DNA of 22,747 nt from Pedosphaera sp. (GTDB lineage: Bacteria; Verrucomicrobiota; Verrucomicrobiia; Limisphaerales; SIBH01): contig JANOQV010000271.1 of the NCBI GenBank assembly GCA_031414955.1, forward strand, positions 1-22,747, in the 5' to 3' direction. A program made the translations under genes and the position numbers. Positions 1-8,963 of the stretch are shown here, in pieces; the first letter of the stretch is position 1; the number at the start of each line of letters is the position of its first letter. The notes below the pieces were generated by a model. It was not told the origin of the DNA and did not search any database. It saw only the letters and a list, made by a program, of their open reading frames with translations.

Positions 1-2
1 GC

Positions 3-263
3 AGCGGTGGCTCAGGCCAGCGGGTGCGGGGCGAGCGCCCGCCCATCCGGACCGTCCATACCCTCGCCTCGACGAACTCGACCGGGAAGCCCGTGGCCAG
101 GCAGATCAAGATCGGCATCAGCGACGGCGTGTCCACCGAGGTGGTCGAAGGCCTGGAGGAAGGGGAACTGGTCGTCGTGGGCCTGATCTCACCCGAGCCG
201 CCGAAGACGGGCGCAGCCGCCGGCCAGACCAGTCCGCTCGGCGGCGGCGCGAGGCGGTTCTAA
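3..263 (+). CDS. Efflux/ABC exporter periplasmic adaptor (MacA/HlyD-like), 3' end only
   Basis: Frame is open from the window edge. The C-terminal IKIGISDGVSTEVVEGLEEGELVVVG is typical of the adaptor membrane-proximal domain. Lies 8 bp upstream of an ABC ATPase. Confidence 0.8.
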   Translation, partial: SGGSGQRVRGERPPIRTVHTLASTNSTGKPVARQIKIGISDGVSTEVVEGLEEGELVVVGLISPEPPKTGAAAGQTSPLGGGARRF

Positions 264-271
264 TTCCTCCC

Positions 272-1023
272 ATGAGCGCCGTCATCCAGCTTGAGAAGAT
301 CAACAAGGTCTATTCCGGCGCCGTCTCGGTTCACGCCGTGCGCGACGTGTCCCTGACCATTGAGAAGGGTGAGTTCGTGGCCGTGATGGGTTCGAGCGGC
401 TCGGGCAAATCCACCTTGATGAACATGCTCGGCTGTCTCGACCGCCCCACCAACGGTCGTTACCTGCTCGATGACGAGAACGTCGCCGAGCTGGGCCGCA
501 ACGATCTGGCCGACATCCGGAACGAAAAGATCGGCTTCGTGTTTCAGGGCTTCAACCTGCTCTCCCGGACCTCGGCCCTGGAGAACGTCGAACTGCCGAT
601 GCTCTACACCCGCAAGCACGGCGCCGCCAGCCCGCGCGAGCGCGCCCGCCTGGCCCTCGAGAAAGTGGGCTTGAGCGACCGGGCGGATCATCATCCGAAC
701 CAGCTCTCCGGCGGACAGCAGCAGCGCGTGGCCATTGCCCGTGCGCTGGCCAACGATCCCTCGCTCATTCTGGCCGACGAGCCGACCGGCAACCTCGACA
801 CCCAGACGAGCGCCGAGATCATGGGCCTCTTCCAACAGCTCAACGACCAGGGCATCACCATCATCATGGTCACGCACGAGCTGGACATCGCCCGCTACAC
901 CAAGCGCAACCTCGTGATGCGCGACGGGCGGGTCATCAGCGACGTGACCGTGACCAGCCGGCTCTTCGCCGGGGAGGAATTGCAGCGCATCCGCGACGAG
1001 CAACGCGCGGTGCAACTGGCCCC

Positions 1024-1027
<4 letters not shown>
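272..1027 (+). CDS. ABC transporter ATP-binding protein (MacB/LolD family)
   Basis: Walker [11 protein letters not shown]-loop GFVFQGFNL, signature [15 protein letters not shown], Walker [13 protein letters not shown]-loop VTHE. Confidence 0.95.
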
Positions 1028-2241
<1,214 letters not shown>

Positions 2242-2291
2242 GAAGCATTCCGAAGGGGGATGAGGGGCGCGGGACTCAGCCGCCTCCACCC

Positions 2292-2651
2292 TCACTTGAC
2301 CTTGATGATCCACACCATGTCCACGTAGGGCGGGAGGCTCGGCGCGGGGTCGCTGGTGTAATTGCCCGGAGGAAACACCGTCACGTCCGCGCCCTGCGAC
2401 ACCGTGCCGCCGTTCAAGTTCAAGGGCAGGCCATGCGAATGCGTCTCCGCACAGGCAGAGATGGCTCCGAATCTTTCCGGTGCGTATACGCACGCATGGA
2501 AGCGCCATGTGACTTGACCGAACACGAATCCACACGCGCGGAGATAAGGATGCGAAATGCCGGAAGGCTTCCGCGCCGGCCGGGACGCCCCGGTCCCGGC
2601 CCTCGAGCCGGACGCGGCTGCAAGCATCGTCATGGACGGACGAAAGTGCAT
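2292..2651 (-). pseudogene. Probable internally deleted gene; C-terminus resembles tail-collar/tail-fibre-like proteins
   Basis: The last ~55 aa (AETHSH...SLPPYVDMVWIIKVK*) look protein-like, while the middle does not. The ATG at 2651 sits just downstream of a motif shared with the ECF upstream region. Confidence 0.4.
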
Positions 2652-2658
2652 TCTACAG

Positions 2659-2713
2659 GTACACAGCCGCCCCCGCCGAAATCAGACAGGAAAAGTGAAA
2701 TTATTTTTGGGCG
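2659..2713 (-). promoter_or_regulatory. Putative ECF-type promoter motif TGTCTGATTT-N17-TAC
   Basis: The same TGTCTGATTT 10-mer with TAC 16 nt downstream precedes the ECF gene (4513-4541). 2679-2713 also resembles 4584-4620. Confidence 0.45.
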
Positions 2714-2787
2714 AGAATTTTTAACCACGGATGGACACGGATAAAAGCGGATGGGGACCGCGCCGCGACAGACGGAGAACCACAGGC

Positions 2788-2890
2788 TGGTAGGGCGTCG
2801 CTGTCCTCAGCGCGCCGGGTGAGGCATTGGCAAGTTTCGAGCGTCTCCTCCGATTCCGGCGCGGCGCGGTGAGGACACCGCGCCCTACCA
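2788..2890. repeat. Inverted pair of GTAG-type REP-like elements (REPIN-like)
   Basis: tggtagggcgtcgctgtcctcagcgcgccg (2788-2817) versus the reverse complement of 2862-2890, tggtagggcgcggtgtcctcaccgcgccg. Each has GTAG followed by an internal hairpin. Confidence 0.7.
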
Positions 2891-2909
2891 CGCACGGTCG
2901 CTAGGCCAT

Positions 2910-4499
2910 TCACTTGCCCGCGCGGGCTTTCATGGCCTCGAAGGCTTGCCAAGTCTTGGGCGGGATTTGTGATCTCATTTTTTCCACATGCTCCGCAGGC
3001 ATCTGTAGCAGCCCGTCCGCCTGTGCTTCGGGATCGGCGTCGTCGAAGGTCAGTGTGGCCCGGCGTGAATTGGCGAGGACTTTCCATTCCGATCCCACTT
3101 TGAAGAGCGAGAGTTTTTCTTCCTGCACCGGTACCCAGCGCGGCGCGGTGCCGGGCTGTCCGGTGGAATGGGCCGGGGTGACAGACGCGTTGATTTGGTA
3201 GGCAAGTTCCGCCGTGATTTGCGCGAGCGTCACGGAGGCGATGGTGAATGCTTTCTCCGCGTTGGGATCGAGTCTGAACCTGTTGTCTGCGCCGGCTTCG
3301 CGCCGCGCGTAATAATCGGAAATCGGCGGATAGCCGGGCAAATCTTGGAAGACCATGCTTTGTTTGAGCAACGCCGCGTCCCGATCCCGCAACGCCGCCC
3401 AATAGGTTTGCGCCGCCGCCTCGGGTGAACCGAGGCCCACATTCGTGAATTGCGAGAGCAGCCTGGTTTCTCCGGCGGGCCATCTGGCCAGTTCGTTGGT
3501 CATATCCATCGCGCGCGTGCGCGGACGGGGGTTGGCCTCGGCCAGTTGCTGGCGCAGCACGCCGACCTCGCCGCGCAGTCGGAGCAGTTCCGCCGGGACG
3601 CGATTCGCTTCCGCCACGCCAGCGCGCATCGCTGCAATCTGGCGCGCGGCTTCGTCGCGCTGGCTGGCGGCGTCCGCCAGTTGCTTGGAAAGCGCGGCGC
3701 TCTGTTGCGCGAGTCTTTGCGCGGTGGCGCGTTCGGTCGCGGCTTCGTTCGCCTCGTAAATTCCCACGCCCACGGCGGCGGCGAGGACAACGGCAATCAC
3801 AGTTTTTTGCATCGCAGTCATAGTAAGAAGAGTGGCGGTGGCGGCCACGGCGGTCGCGGCGGCGGCTCCGGCCACGGCGGTGATGGCTGAGGCCAGCCCG
3901 GCGGGGGCGGTGAGCACGGCGTTGGCGGAGATAAGGAGGGCGAGCCCGCTCGCGCCGGCGGTGACGCCGCGTTGGGCGAGGCTCGCGCGCAGGCGTTCCA
4001 CGGCGCGGCTCACGCGCTTTTGCGCGGCGGCTTCGCTCACGCCCAGCGCGCGGGCCACGGCCTGGAAATCCTGGTTCTGAAAATAACGGAGCAGAATGGC
4101 GTTGCGGTCGGGCGGGCTGAGTGCGCCCATGGCGTCGTCGAGCACGGGGCTGAGTTCTTCCCAGGCGGGCGTGGATTCGGGGGCAAGTTCCTGCATGGCA
4201 TGGGCCTCCTGTTCGCGGGCTTGCCGGCGGCGCTCGGCCCGAATGACGTTGGCGGTGGCAAATCGGGCGGCTTCATAAAGCCAGCCGGTCAACACGGTGT
4301 CGCGCGGGAGAGTGCCCGCCTTGCGGGCGAGGTCGGTGAAAACATTTTGAGCCACATCCTCGGCGAGCGGCGCGTCCCCATTCCCCAGCCGGAGCGCGGC
4401 GGAATAGACGAGATCAACGTGGCGCGCGACCAATTGGCGGAAGGCGTCCTCGTCCCCGCGCGCGGCAAATCTTTCCAGCAGTTGAATGTCGTCCGTCAT
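2910..4499 (-). CDS. ECF sigma-70 factor with TM helix and extracytoplasmic C-terminal extension
   Basis: Region 2 ([22 protein letters not shown]...AEDVAQNVF...GWLY) and region 4 ([15 protein letters not shown]...[19 protein letters not shown]), then an Ala-rich linker, hydrophobic [15 protein letters not shown], a coiled coil and a globular tail. Confidence 0.9.
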   Translation of the reverse strand: MTDDIQLLERFAARGDEDAFRQLVARHVDLVYSAALRLGNGDAPLAEDVAQNVFTDLARKAGTLPRDTVLTGWLYEAARFATANVIRAERRRQAREQEAHAMQELAPESTPAWEELSPVLDDAMGALSPPDRNAILLRYFQNQDFQAVARALGVSEAAAQKRVSRAVERLRASLAQRGVTAGASGLALLISANAVLTAPAGLASAITAVAGAAAATAVAATATLLTMTAMQKTVIAVVLAAAVGVGIYEANEAATERATAQRLAQQSAALSKQLADAASQRDEAARQIAAMRAGVAEANRVPAELLRLRGEVGVLRQQLAEANPRPRTRAMDMTNELARWPAGETRLLSQFTNVGLGSPEAAAQTYWAALRDRDAALLKQSMVFQDLPGYPPISDYYARREAGADNRFRLDPNAEKAFTIASVTLAQITAELAYQINASVTPAHSTGQPGTAPRWVPVQEEKLSLFKVGSEWKVLANSRRATLTFDDADPEAQADGLLQMPAEHVEKMRSQIPPKTWQAFEAMKARAGK

Positions 4500-4512
4500 G
4501 GCTTTCCACCTT

Positions 4513-4541
4513 GTAGCACCCGCCGGAGGGAAAATCAGACA
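4513..4541 (-). promoter_or_regulatory. Putative autoregulatory ECF promoter TGTCTGATTT-N16-TAC
   Basis: Ends 13 nt upstream of the sigma ATG and matches the motif at 2659-2688. Confidence 0.45.
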
Positions 4542-4626
4542 AAGGAAATACGCGCCGGGTGCCTCGACGGTGGAAACAGGAGCAATTCAGACGGGAACGG
4601 TGAAACTATTTTTTGGGGCGGGCCGT

Positions 4627-4917
4627 TCACTCCCGAGCCAAACCAAAGTCCGGATGACGCCGGTGGTGGCGCACCAAGGTCACACGGATGCCGTCGGACA
4701 GTTCGCGGTAAATGAAGTGATAGGGAAAGCGTTTGAGATTCGCGCGATGGAGGCCGGGTTTAAGCAGGTGAAACCGGCCGGGCTGGGCTGCGGCCGCGTG
4801 GATGAACTGGCGCAACTCCGTTTTGAACTCCTCGCCCAGCCGTTGCGAAACCGCGTCATAACGCCGCAGCGCCCCGGCCACATCCTGCTCGACGGCGGGG
4901 TGGTATTCGATTCTCAC
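4627..4917 (-). CDS. Type II toxin, RelE/ParE family
   Basis: GTG start overlaps the antitoxin stop (GTGA). The 96-aa product MRIEYHPAVEQDV...RANLKRFPYHFIYRE...VRHHRRHPDF fits the ParE-like pattern. Confidence 0.85.
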   Translation of the reverse strand: MRIEYHPAVEQDVAGALRRYDAVSQRLGEEFKTELRQFIHAAAAQPGRFHLLKPGLHRANLKRFPYHFIYRELSDGIRVTLVRHHRRHPDFGLARE

Positions 4918-5144
4918 CGCTGGCGACTCGCTTCGATGCGCTGCCAGAATTCGGCGTCCGCGAGCGGTTGGGCCTGGCCGCTTTCGATCTCGCCTTCGCG
5001 GCGCTCCACTTCGGCCAACTCCTCCGCCTCCGACCACACCTCCGCCGCCGGGGGGAGTGAACTCAACAACGCCTCGGCCAGCGTGACGCGTTGCGCGATG
5101 GGCAGGGCCAGCACCGCCTTCTCAATTTGTTCCAGCGCGGACAT
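4914..5144 (-). CDS. Addiction-module antitoxin (TIGR02574 / Unstab_antitox-like)
   Basis: 76 aa, acidic: LALPIAQRVTLAEALLSSL...AEVERREGEIESGQAQP. Directly upstream of the ParE-like toxin. Confidence 0.85.
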   Translation of the reverse strand: MSALEQIEKAVLALPIAQRVTLAEALLSSLPPAAEVWSEAEELAEVERREGEIESGQAQPLADAEFWQRIEASRQR

Positions 5145-5150
5145 GGGGGC

Positions 5151-5179
5151 AGGATAATTTCATCAAGGCCGGGTGGCAA
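5151..5179 (-). promoter_or_regulatory. Sigma-70 promoter, leaderless geometry
   Basis: TTGCCA (5179-5174), 17 nt, TATCCT (5156-5151), 6 nt, ATG (5144). No Shine-Dalgarno. Confidence 0.65.
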
Positions 5180-5216
5180 GGCGGACGAGAAAAATCTGAA
5201 ACCGCTCGACTACCAT
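5163..5216 (-). pseudogene. MazF/PemK toxin 5' stub (17 codons)
   Basis: ATG overlaps the end of the MazE-like gene (aaATGGTAG). It reads MVVERFQIFLVRL-ATRP*, like MazF N-termini (MVVxRFxVxLVxLDP), and then diverges. Not in the ORF track. Confidence 0.6.
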
Positions 5217-5419
5217 TTCCAATCCTTCGCATCAAAGTCGTTGGCCAACTGACGCGTGGGCGCGAGGTCGTCCGGGGCGGGGGGCGGACGGCGAAAGGCT
5301 TTCGTCCAGTTCGCGCGGGCCTTGCGGCGCGGGCGGAGCAACAGGCCCTCGGCGGAAGGACGCACTTCCAGTCCATACGGCCAGTGGAGCAGAGCCAGTT
5401 CGAGCGCCGATGTTTTCAT
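5210..5419 (-). CDS. AbrB/MazE-like antitoxin, N-terminally shortened, orphaned
   Basis: 69 aa. LEVRPSAEGLLLRPRRKARANWTKAF...DD...NDFDAKDWKW matches the C-terminal half of MazE-type antitoxins ending in WxW. The IGNSxGVRIP hairpin is absent. Confidence 0.6.
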   Translation of the reverse strand: MKTSALELALLHWPYGLEVRPSAEGLLLRPRRKARANWTKAFRRPPPAPDDLAPTRQLANDFDAKDWKW

Positions 5420-5425
5420 GGCAGG

Positions 5426-5454
5426 ATATTTCCGCACGGAGGGTGTTTGGTCAA
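5426..5454 (-). promoter_or_regulatory. Sigma-70-like promoter, leaderless geometry
   Basis: TTGACC (5454-5449), 17 nt, AAATAT (5431-5426), 6 nt, ATG (5419). An overlapping TATCCT is also present. Confidence 0.45.
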
Positions 5455-5462
5455 CGCGCCAA

Positions 5463-5569
5463 TCACCGCTGGCGACCCGCTTCGATGCGCCGCCAGAATT
5501 CGGTGTCCGTGAGCGGTTGGGCCTGGCCGCTTGCGATCTCGCGTTCGCGGCGCTCAATCCTCACTTCGG
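5463..5569 (-). pseudogene. Duplicated 3' fragment of the addiction-module antitoxin
   Basis: 5463-5555 matches 4914-5006 at 87 of 93 nt by hand alignment. A further 8-nt match (5562-5569 = 5007-5014) follows a 6-nt insertion. The 5' half is missing. Confidence 0.85.
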
Positions 5570-5578
5570 AATTCGGCC

Positions 5579-8500
5579 TCACGGCGGCGTGAGCTTCACC
5601 CGGTACATCTTGAAGGGCGCGTTGGTGATCGCGTCGTCGAAGGTCACGGGAACGGGCTGCGCCGGGTAAGTGGGCGGACGGAGCGGCGGATTGAGAACCT
5701 GCCAGAGGACGGGCGGGTTGATGTTGGTGGCCCACTCGAGGGCGAAGGCACGGTTGGCCGGCTGGAGAAAGTTGAGGCGAACCTGATCGCCGGACTGGCT
5801 GAGGCTGATGCGCCAGGCGTCACTGGCGAGAGTGGGGTCGGTGCCGGCGAGGTATTCCTGGTAGTTGGCGTCGCCGTCGCCGTCGGCATCGAAGTCCGGG
5901 GCGGCGGCGGGGGCGTTGGTGTCGCCGAAGTAGGTGAGCTGCCAGTCAGGGAAGGCGGGCGAGGCGGCGAGGCCGTTGGTGATCCAGGCGCGGAGCAGGT
6001 TCACGGCGTTGGTGTCAAGGACACTGGAACCGAGGGGCGGCATCTGGCGCGGGCCGCGGGTGGAGATGCGGGTGAGGAGGACGGAGTGGGTGAGCGAGCC
6101 GGGCACGATGACGCGGTTGCTGGCATTGCCGAGGCTGTCGTTGAGCGGGCCATTGATGAGGCCGGCCTGGGTGGTGAGGTTCGTGATGTTGCCATTCCAC
6201 GAGCCTACGCCACCGCCGCCGGGTTGATGGCACTGGGCGCAATTGGCGGCGAGATAGGAGCGCACGCGCCATTCGAGGCTGGCTTCGGTGTTGGTGCCGT
6301 GGGCGAGGGCGCGGAGGGCGGCGCGGTTGGTCACGGGCGCGGTGAACCAGCCCGCGGCGCTGTAGGCGTCGAGCTGGTTGGTCGGGCCGTTGCCATAGTC
6401 CATGGGGCAGTTGAGCTGGAGGGTGTTGAAGCCAAGCCCGTAGCCGCCCACGCGAGTGTGGCAAATCACGCACTCCGTGCGGCTCGGGTAGCGCCAGACT
6501 TGGGTGCGGGTGGTCGAGCCGTCGGAGAGAGTGAGGTTCTCGGTGAAGCCTTCGTCGGGGATGAGATTGGCGTTGGTGAGCGAACTGCCCCAGCGATAGG
6601 TGACGCCGTACGTGCCGGCGGCATTCCGCACGAGGATGCGGGTCTCGAGGCGGCGGGCGGAGGAGGGCACGCCGTTGGTGAATTCCAGGTCGAAGTGTTT
6701 GACCCAAGCCAGGCCGGGCGGGAAGGACCAGTTGCCCTCGGGGGCGAAGGTCATGGGCGTGCCGGGTGAAGGCACGAACCAGCGGCTCTTGCGGGCGTTG
6801 TCGGACCAGAAGGGCGTGTTGATGACGTAGGGCACGAGGCCGGGCGAGGGCGTGAGCGGCTGGGTCTGGCTGGTGAGCGCGGTGAGATTGGTGAAGGCGC
6901 CGGTCTGGGCGAGCGTGGGCGGGATGGGCGTGCCGGTGCTGCTGTTGGTGTTGTAGTTGAGCCGGTAGAGCAGGCCCTGCGAGTAACTGGCGATGAGCAC
7001 GTCGCCATTGGAAGGGTCGGTGCCGATGGCCGAAGGCGTGGGGACATCGACGAGGCGCTGGAAGGGCACGGTGTTGGTGCCGTCGTGGCGCAGCATCCAG
7101 ACGTGGGTGCTGATGTAATCGCTGAAGAGGTAGGCGCCGTACAGCTGCGAGAAGCGGGTGCCGCGATAAACCACGCCGCCAATGATGGAACTACCCTGAA
7201 GATTGCCGCCGCCGTGGGGGTTCTCATGGATGGGATCGGTGAGCGCCTCGAACGCGGGGCCGACGCGGGGACCACCGTGCGAACCTTCGCGGTAGGGCCA
7301 GCCGTAGTTGCCGCCTTTGGTGACGATGCTGACCTCCTCGTAAAGTTCCTGCCCCACGTCCGCGCAGTAGAGGAAGCCGGTCACGAGATCGAAGGAGAAG
7401 CGCCAGGGATTGCGGAAGCCGACCGCGTAGAACTCGGTGCGCACCGTGGCAGGGTCGATCTCCACGCCGTTGTAGTTGGTGCGGCCGATGAACGGGTTGT
7501 CCTCGGGGATGCGGTAGTTGATGACGCCCGCATTGGTGATGCCGGGATGGGGGTTGGGCATCAGGCTCGTAGGGCGAAAGGGCACATCGACGTCGAGGCG
7601 CATGATGGCGGAGAAGAAATTGGAGTTGATGAGTTGGGTGTTTCCAAACTCATCGTTCCCGCCGCCGCCGTCGCCCAGCGACATGTAGAGGTAGCCGTCC
7701 GGCCCGAAGTGCAGGTCGCCGGCGTTGTGGTTCTCATCGGGATCCTTCTGGGTGAAGAGGATGAGTTCATTGGTCGCGGCCACGTTGGGGTTGTTGGAGG
7801 AAACCTGGAAGCGGGAAAGGCGAGCATGAAGCCCGGTGCCCTGCGCCGTGGTGGTGTTAAGATTATAGGAGACGAAGAAGAAGCCGTTGGTGGCAAAGCC
7901 GGGATGGAAGGCCAGGCCCAACATGCCGGACTCGCCGGAGAAGTTCACTTCCCCCTGCTTGCTAAGAAAGGTCCGGACGTTCGGGCTGGCGAGGTTCGTG
8001 ATCACGTAGATGACCCCGGCGTGGCTGACCACGAAGAGGCGGTTGGTTTCACCGGGCGGAGTCCGGAGGCAGACCGGCGCGCCGAAGGGCTGCGTGCCCA
8101 ACCCGGAGAAAGCATTGGCCACGGAGTAGCCAAAGGCGGGCGGCGTGAGCGGCAGGTTGAGCGGCGGCGAGGTGAGGTCGAGATTCGTCGCGCTCAAGGC
8201 CAGCCCAAAGACAATGTCCGTGCTGTTGGTGGCGTTTTGATGCACCTCGACGGCGAGGACGTTATCGCCATAGACGAGGTTGGTTTGCAGGACCGGCCCG
8301 CTCAGGGTGAAGGCGGACACGGCGGTGGCCTCGTGGTTCGAGGCGAGGGTGGCAGAGGAGACGGACGTGGTGAGGTTGGACATGAACTGCCGGGAGATCT
8401 CCACGCCGTTCAGGTAAAAGACGGCGCCATCGTCGATGATGTTGGAGAAGGTCAGGGAGACCAGCCGCGACAGGTTGTTGGTGAAGCTGAAGTGCGTGCG

Positions 8501-8797
8501 GAAGTAGTAGGTCGTGCGCCCGAGGGCGAGCACGGTGTTGGTGCGGCTGGTCACGAAGGTGTTGGCCGCATCCTCAAGACCGAGCACACCGCGGCCGCCG
8601 GGCAGCGCGGAATCATCGAAGTCGCGCGCGGTCCAATTGGTGCCGTCATAGGAAGCCGTCTGGTTGTATTTCCAGGTGTTGGTGAACCCGAACAACACCA
8701 CGTTGCTGGACTGGGCGTGGGAAATCGTGGTCGAAACCACAAGGTTGAAGGCCACGGCCAGCCCCAAGCCGATGCTGCGCAAACGAGTAAAAATCAT
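5579..8797 (-). CDS. Secreted PQQ-dependent sugar dehydrogenase (GSDH propeller) fused to a diheme c-type cytochrome domain
   Basis: Signal peptide, then a beta-sandwich (YYFRTHF...DDGAVFYLNG...NVLAVEVHQ). GSDH motifs GMLGLAFHP, NHNAGDLHFGPDGYLYMSLGDGG, GFRNPWR, GGNYGWP. Heme motifs CVICH and CAQCH plus MPPLG (SO2930/HNE_0200-like). DADGDG..EYLAGTDP motif near the C-terminus. Confidence 0.88.
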   Translation of the reverse strand: MIFTRLRSIGLGLAVAFNLVVSTTISHAQSSNVVLFGFTNTWKYNQTASYDGTNWTARDFDDSALPGGRGVLGLEDAANTFVTSRTNTVLALGRTTYYFRTHFSFTNNLSRLVSLTFSNIIDDGAVFYLNGVEISRQFMSNLTTSVSSATLASNHEATAVSAFTLSGPVLQTNLVYGDNVLAVEVHQNATNSTDIVFGLALSATNLDLTSPPLNLPLTPPAFGYSVANAFSGLGTQPFGAPVCLRTPPGETNRLFVVSHAGVIYVITNLASPNVRTFLSKQGEVNFSGESGMLGLAFHPGFATNGFFFVSYNLNTTTAQGTGLHARLSRFQVSSNNPNVAATNELILFTQKDPDENHNAGDLHFGPDGYLYMSLGDGGGGNDEFGNTQLINSNFFSAIMRLDVDVPFRPTSLMPNPHPGITNAGVINYRIPEDNPFIGRTNYNGVEIDPATVRTEFYAVGFRNPWRFSFDLVTGFLYCADVGQELYEEVSIVTKGGNYGWPYREGSHGGPRVGPAFEALTDPIHENPHGGGNLQGSSIIGGVVYRGTRFSQLYGAYLFSDYISTHVWMLRHDGTNTVPFQRLVDVPTPSAIGTDPSNGDVLIASYSQGLLYRLNYNTNSSTGTPIPPTLAQTGAFTNLTALTSQTQPLTPSPGLVPYVINTPFWSDNARKSRWFVPSPGTPMTFAPEGNWSFPPGLAWVKHFDLEFTNGVPSSARRLETRILVRNAAGTYGVTYRWGSSLTNANLIPDEGFTENLTLSDGSTTRTQVWRYPSRTECVICHTRVGGYGLGFNTLQLNCPMDYGNGPTNQLDAYSAAGWFTAPVTNRAALRALAHGTNTEASLEWRVRSYLAANCAQCHQPGGGGVGSWNGNITNLTTQAGLINGPLNDSLGNASNRVIVPGSLTHSVLLTRISTRGPRQMPPLGSSVLDTNAVNLLRAWITNGLAASPAFPDWQLTYFGDTNAPAAAPDFDADGDGDANYQEYLAGTDPTLASDAWRISLSQSGDQVRLNFLQPANRAFALEWATNINPPVLWQVLNPPLRPPTYPAQPVPVTFDDAITNAPFKMYRVKLTPP

Positions 8798-8878
8798 GAA
8801 AGCTGAATCAATCCGTCCCGTCTGTCCGGGCAGGTTTGGGAGCGATCAAACCAGTTCGGGACAGCCAAAAGCAGGGGG

Positions 8879-8907
8879 AGGCTAGCGCAAGGAGGGTCAA
8901 TTGTCCA
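8879..8907 (-). promoter_or_regulatory. Possible sigma-70 promoter for the PQQ dehydrogenase gene
   Basis: TGGACA (8907-8902), 17 nt, TAGCCT (8884-8879), about 80 nt upstream of the ATG. Confidence 0.3.
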
Positions 8908-8963
8908 ACCGGGGCCGGATGAAGAATGTGTCATGGAACCCGACGAGGGGCAGCTTTCTGCGC

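Noticed and set aside
4918..5037. N-terminal extension of the 136-aa ParE ORF
   Set aside because: It overlaps the antitoxin. The GTG at 4917 with a GTGA overlap is the better start.
5553..5564. GTG AGG ATT GAG (VRIE) matching the first four ParE residues at the edge of the antitoxin fragment
   Set aside because: It might be another toxin-start scar, but 12 nt is too short to distinguish from chance.
4627..5578. Integron cassette array or IS-mediated insertion as the explanation for the TA stack
   Set aside because: No attC-like inverted core sites, integrase, transposase, terminal inverted repeats or target duplications were seen.
5463..5735. 90-aa ORF as an intact antitoxin
   Set aside because: Only the last ~31 codons are antitoxin-like. 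The rest is an alternative frame of the PQQ gene's 3' end.
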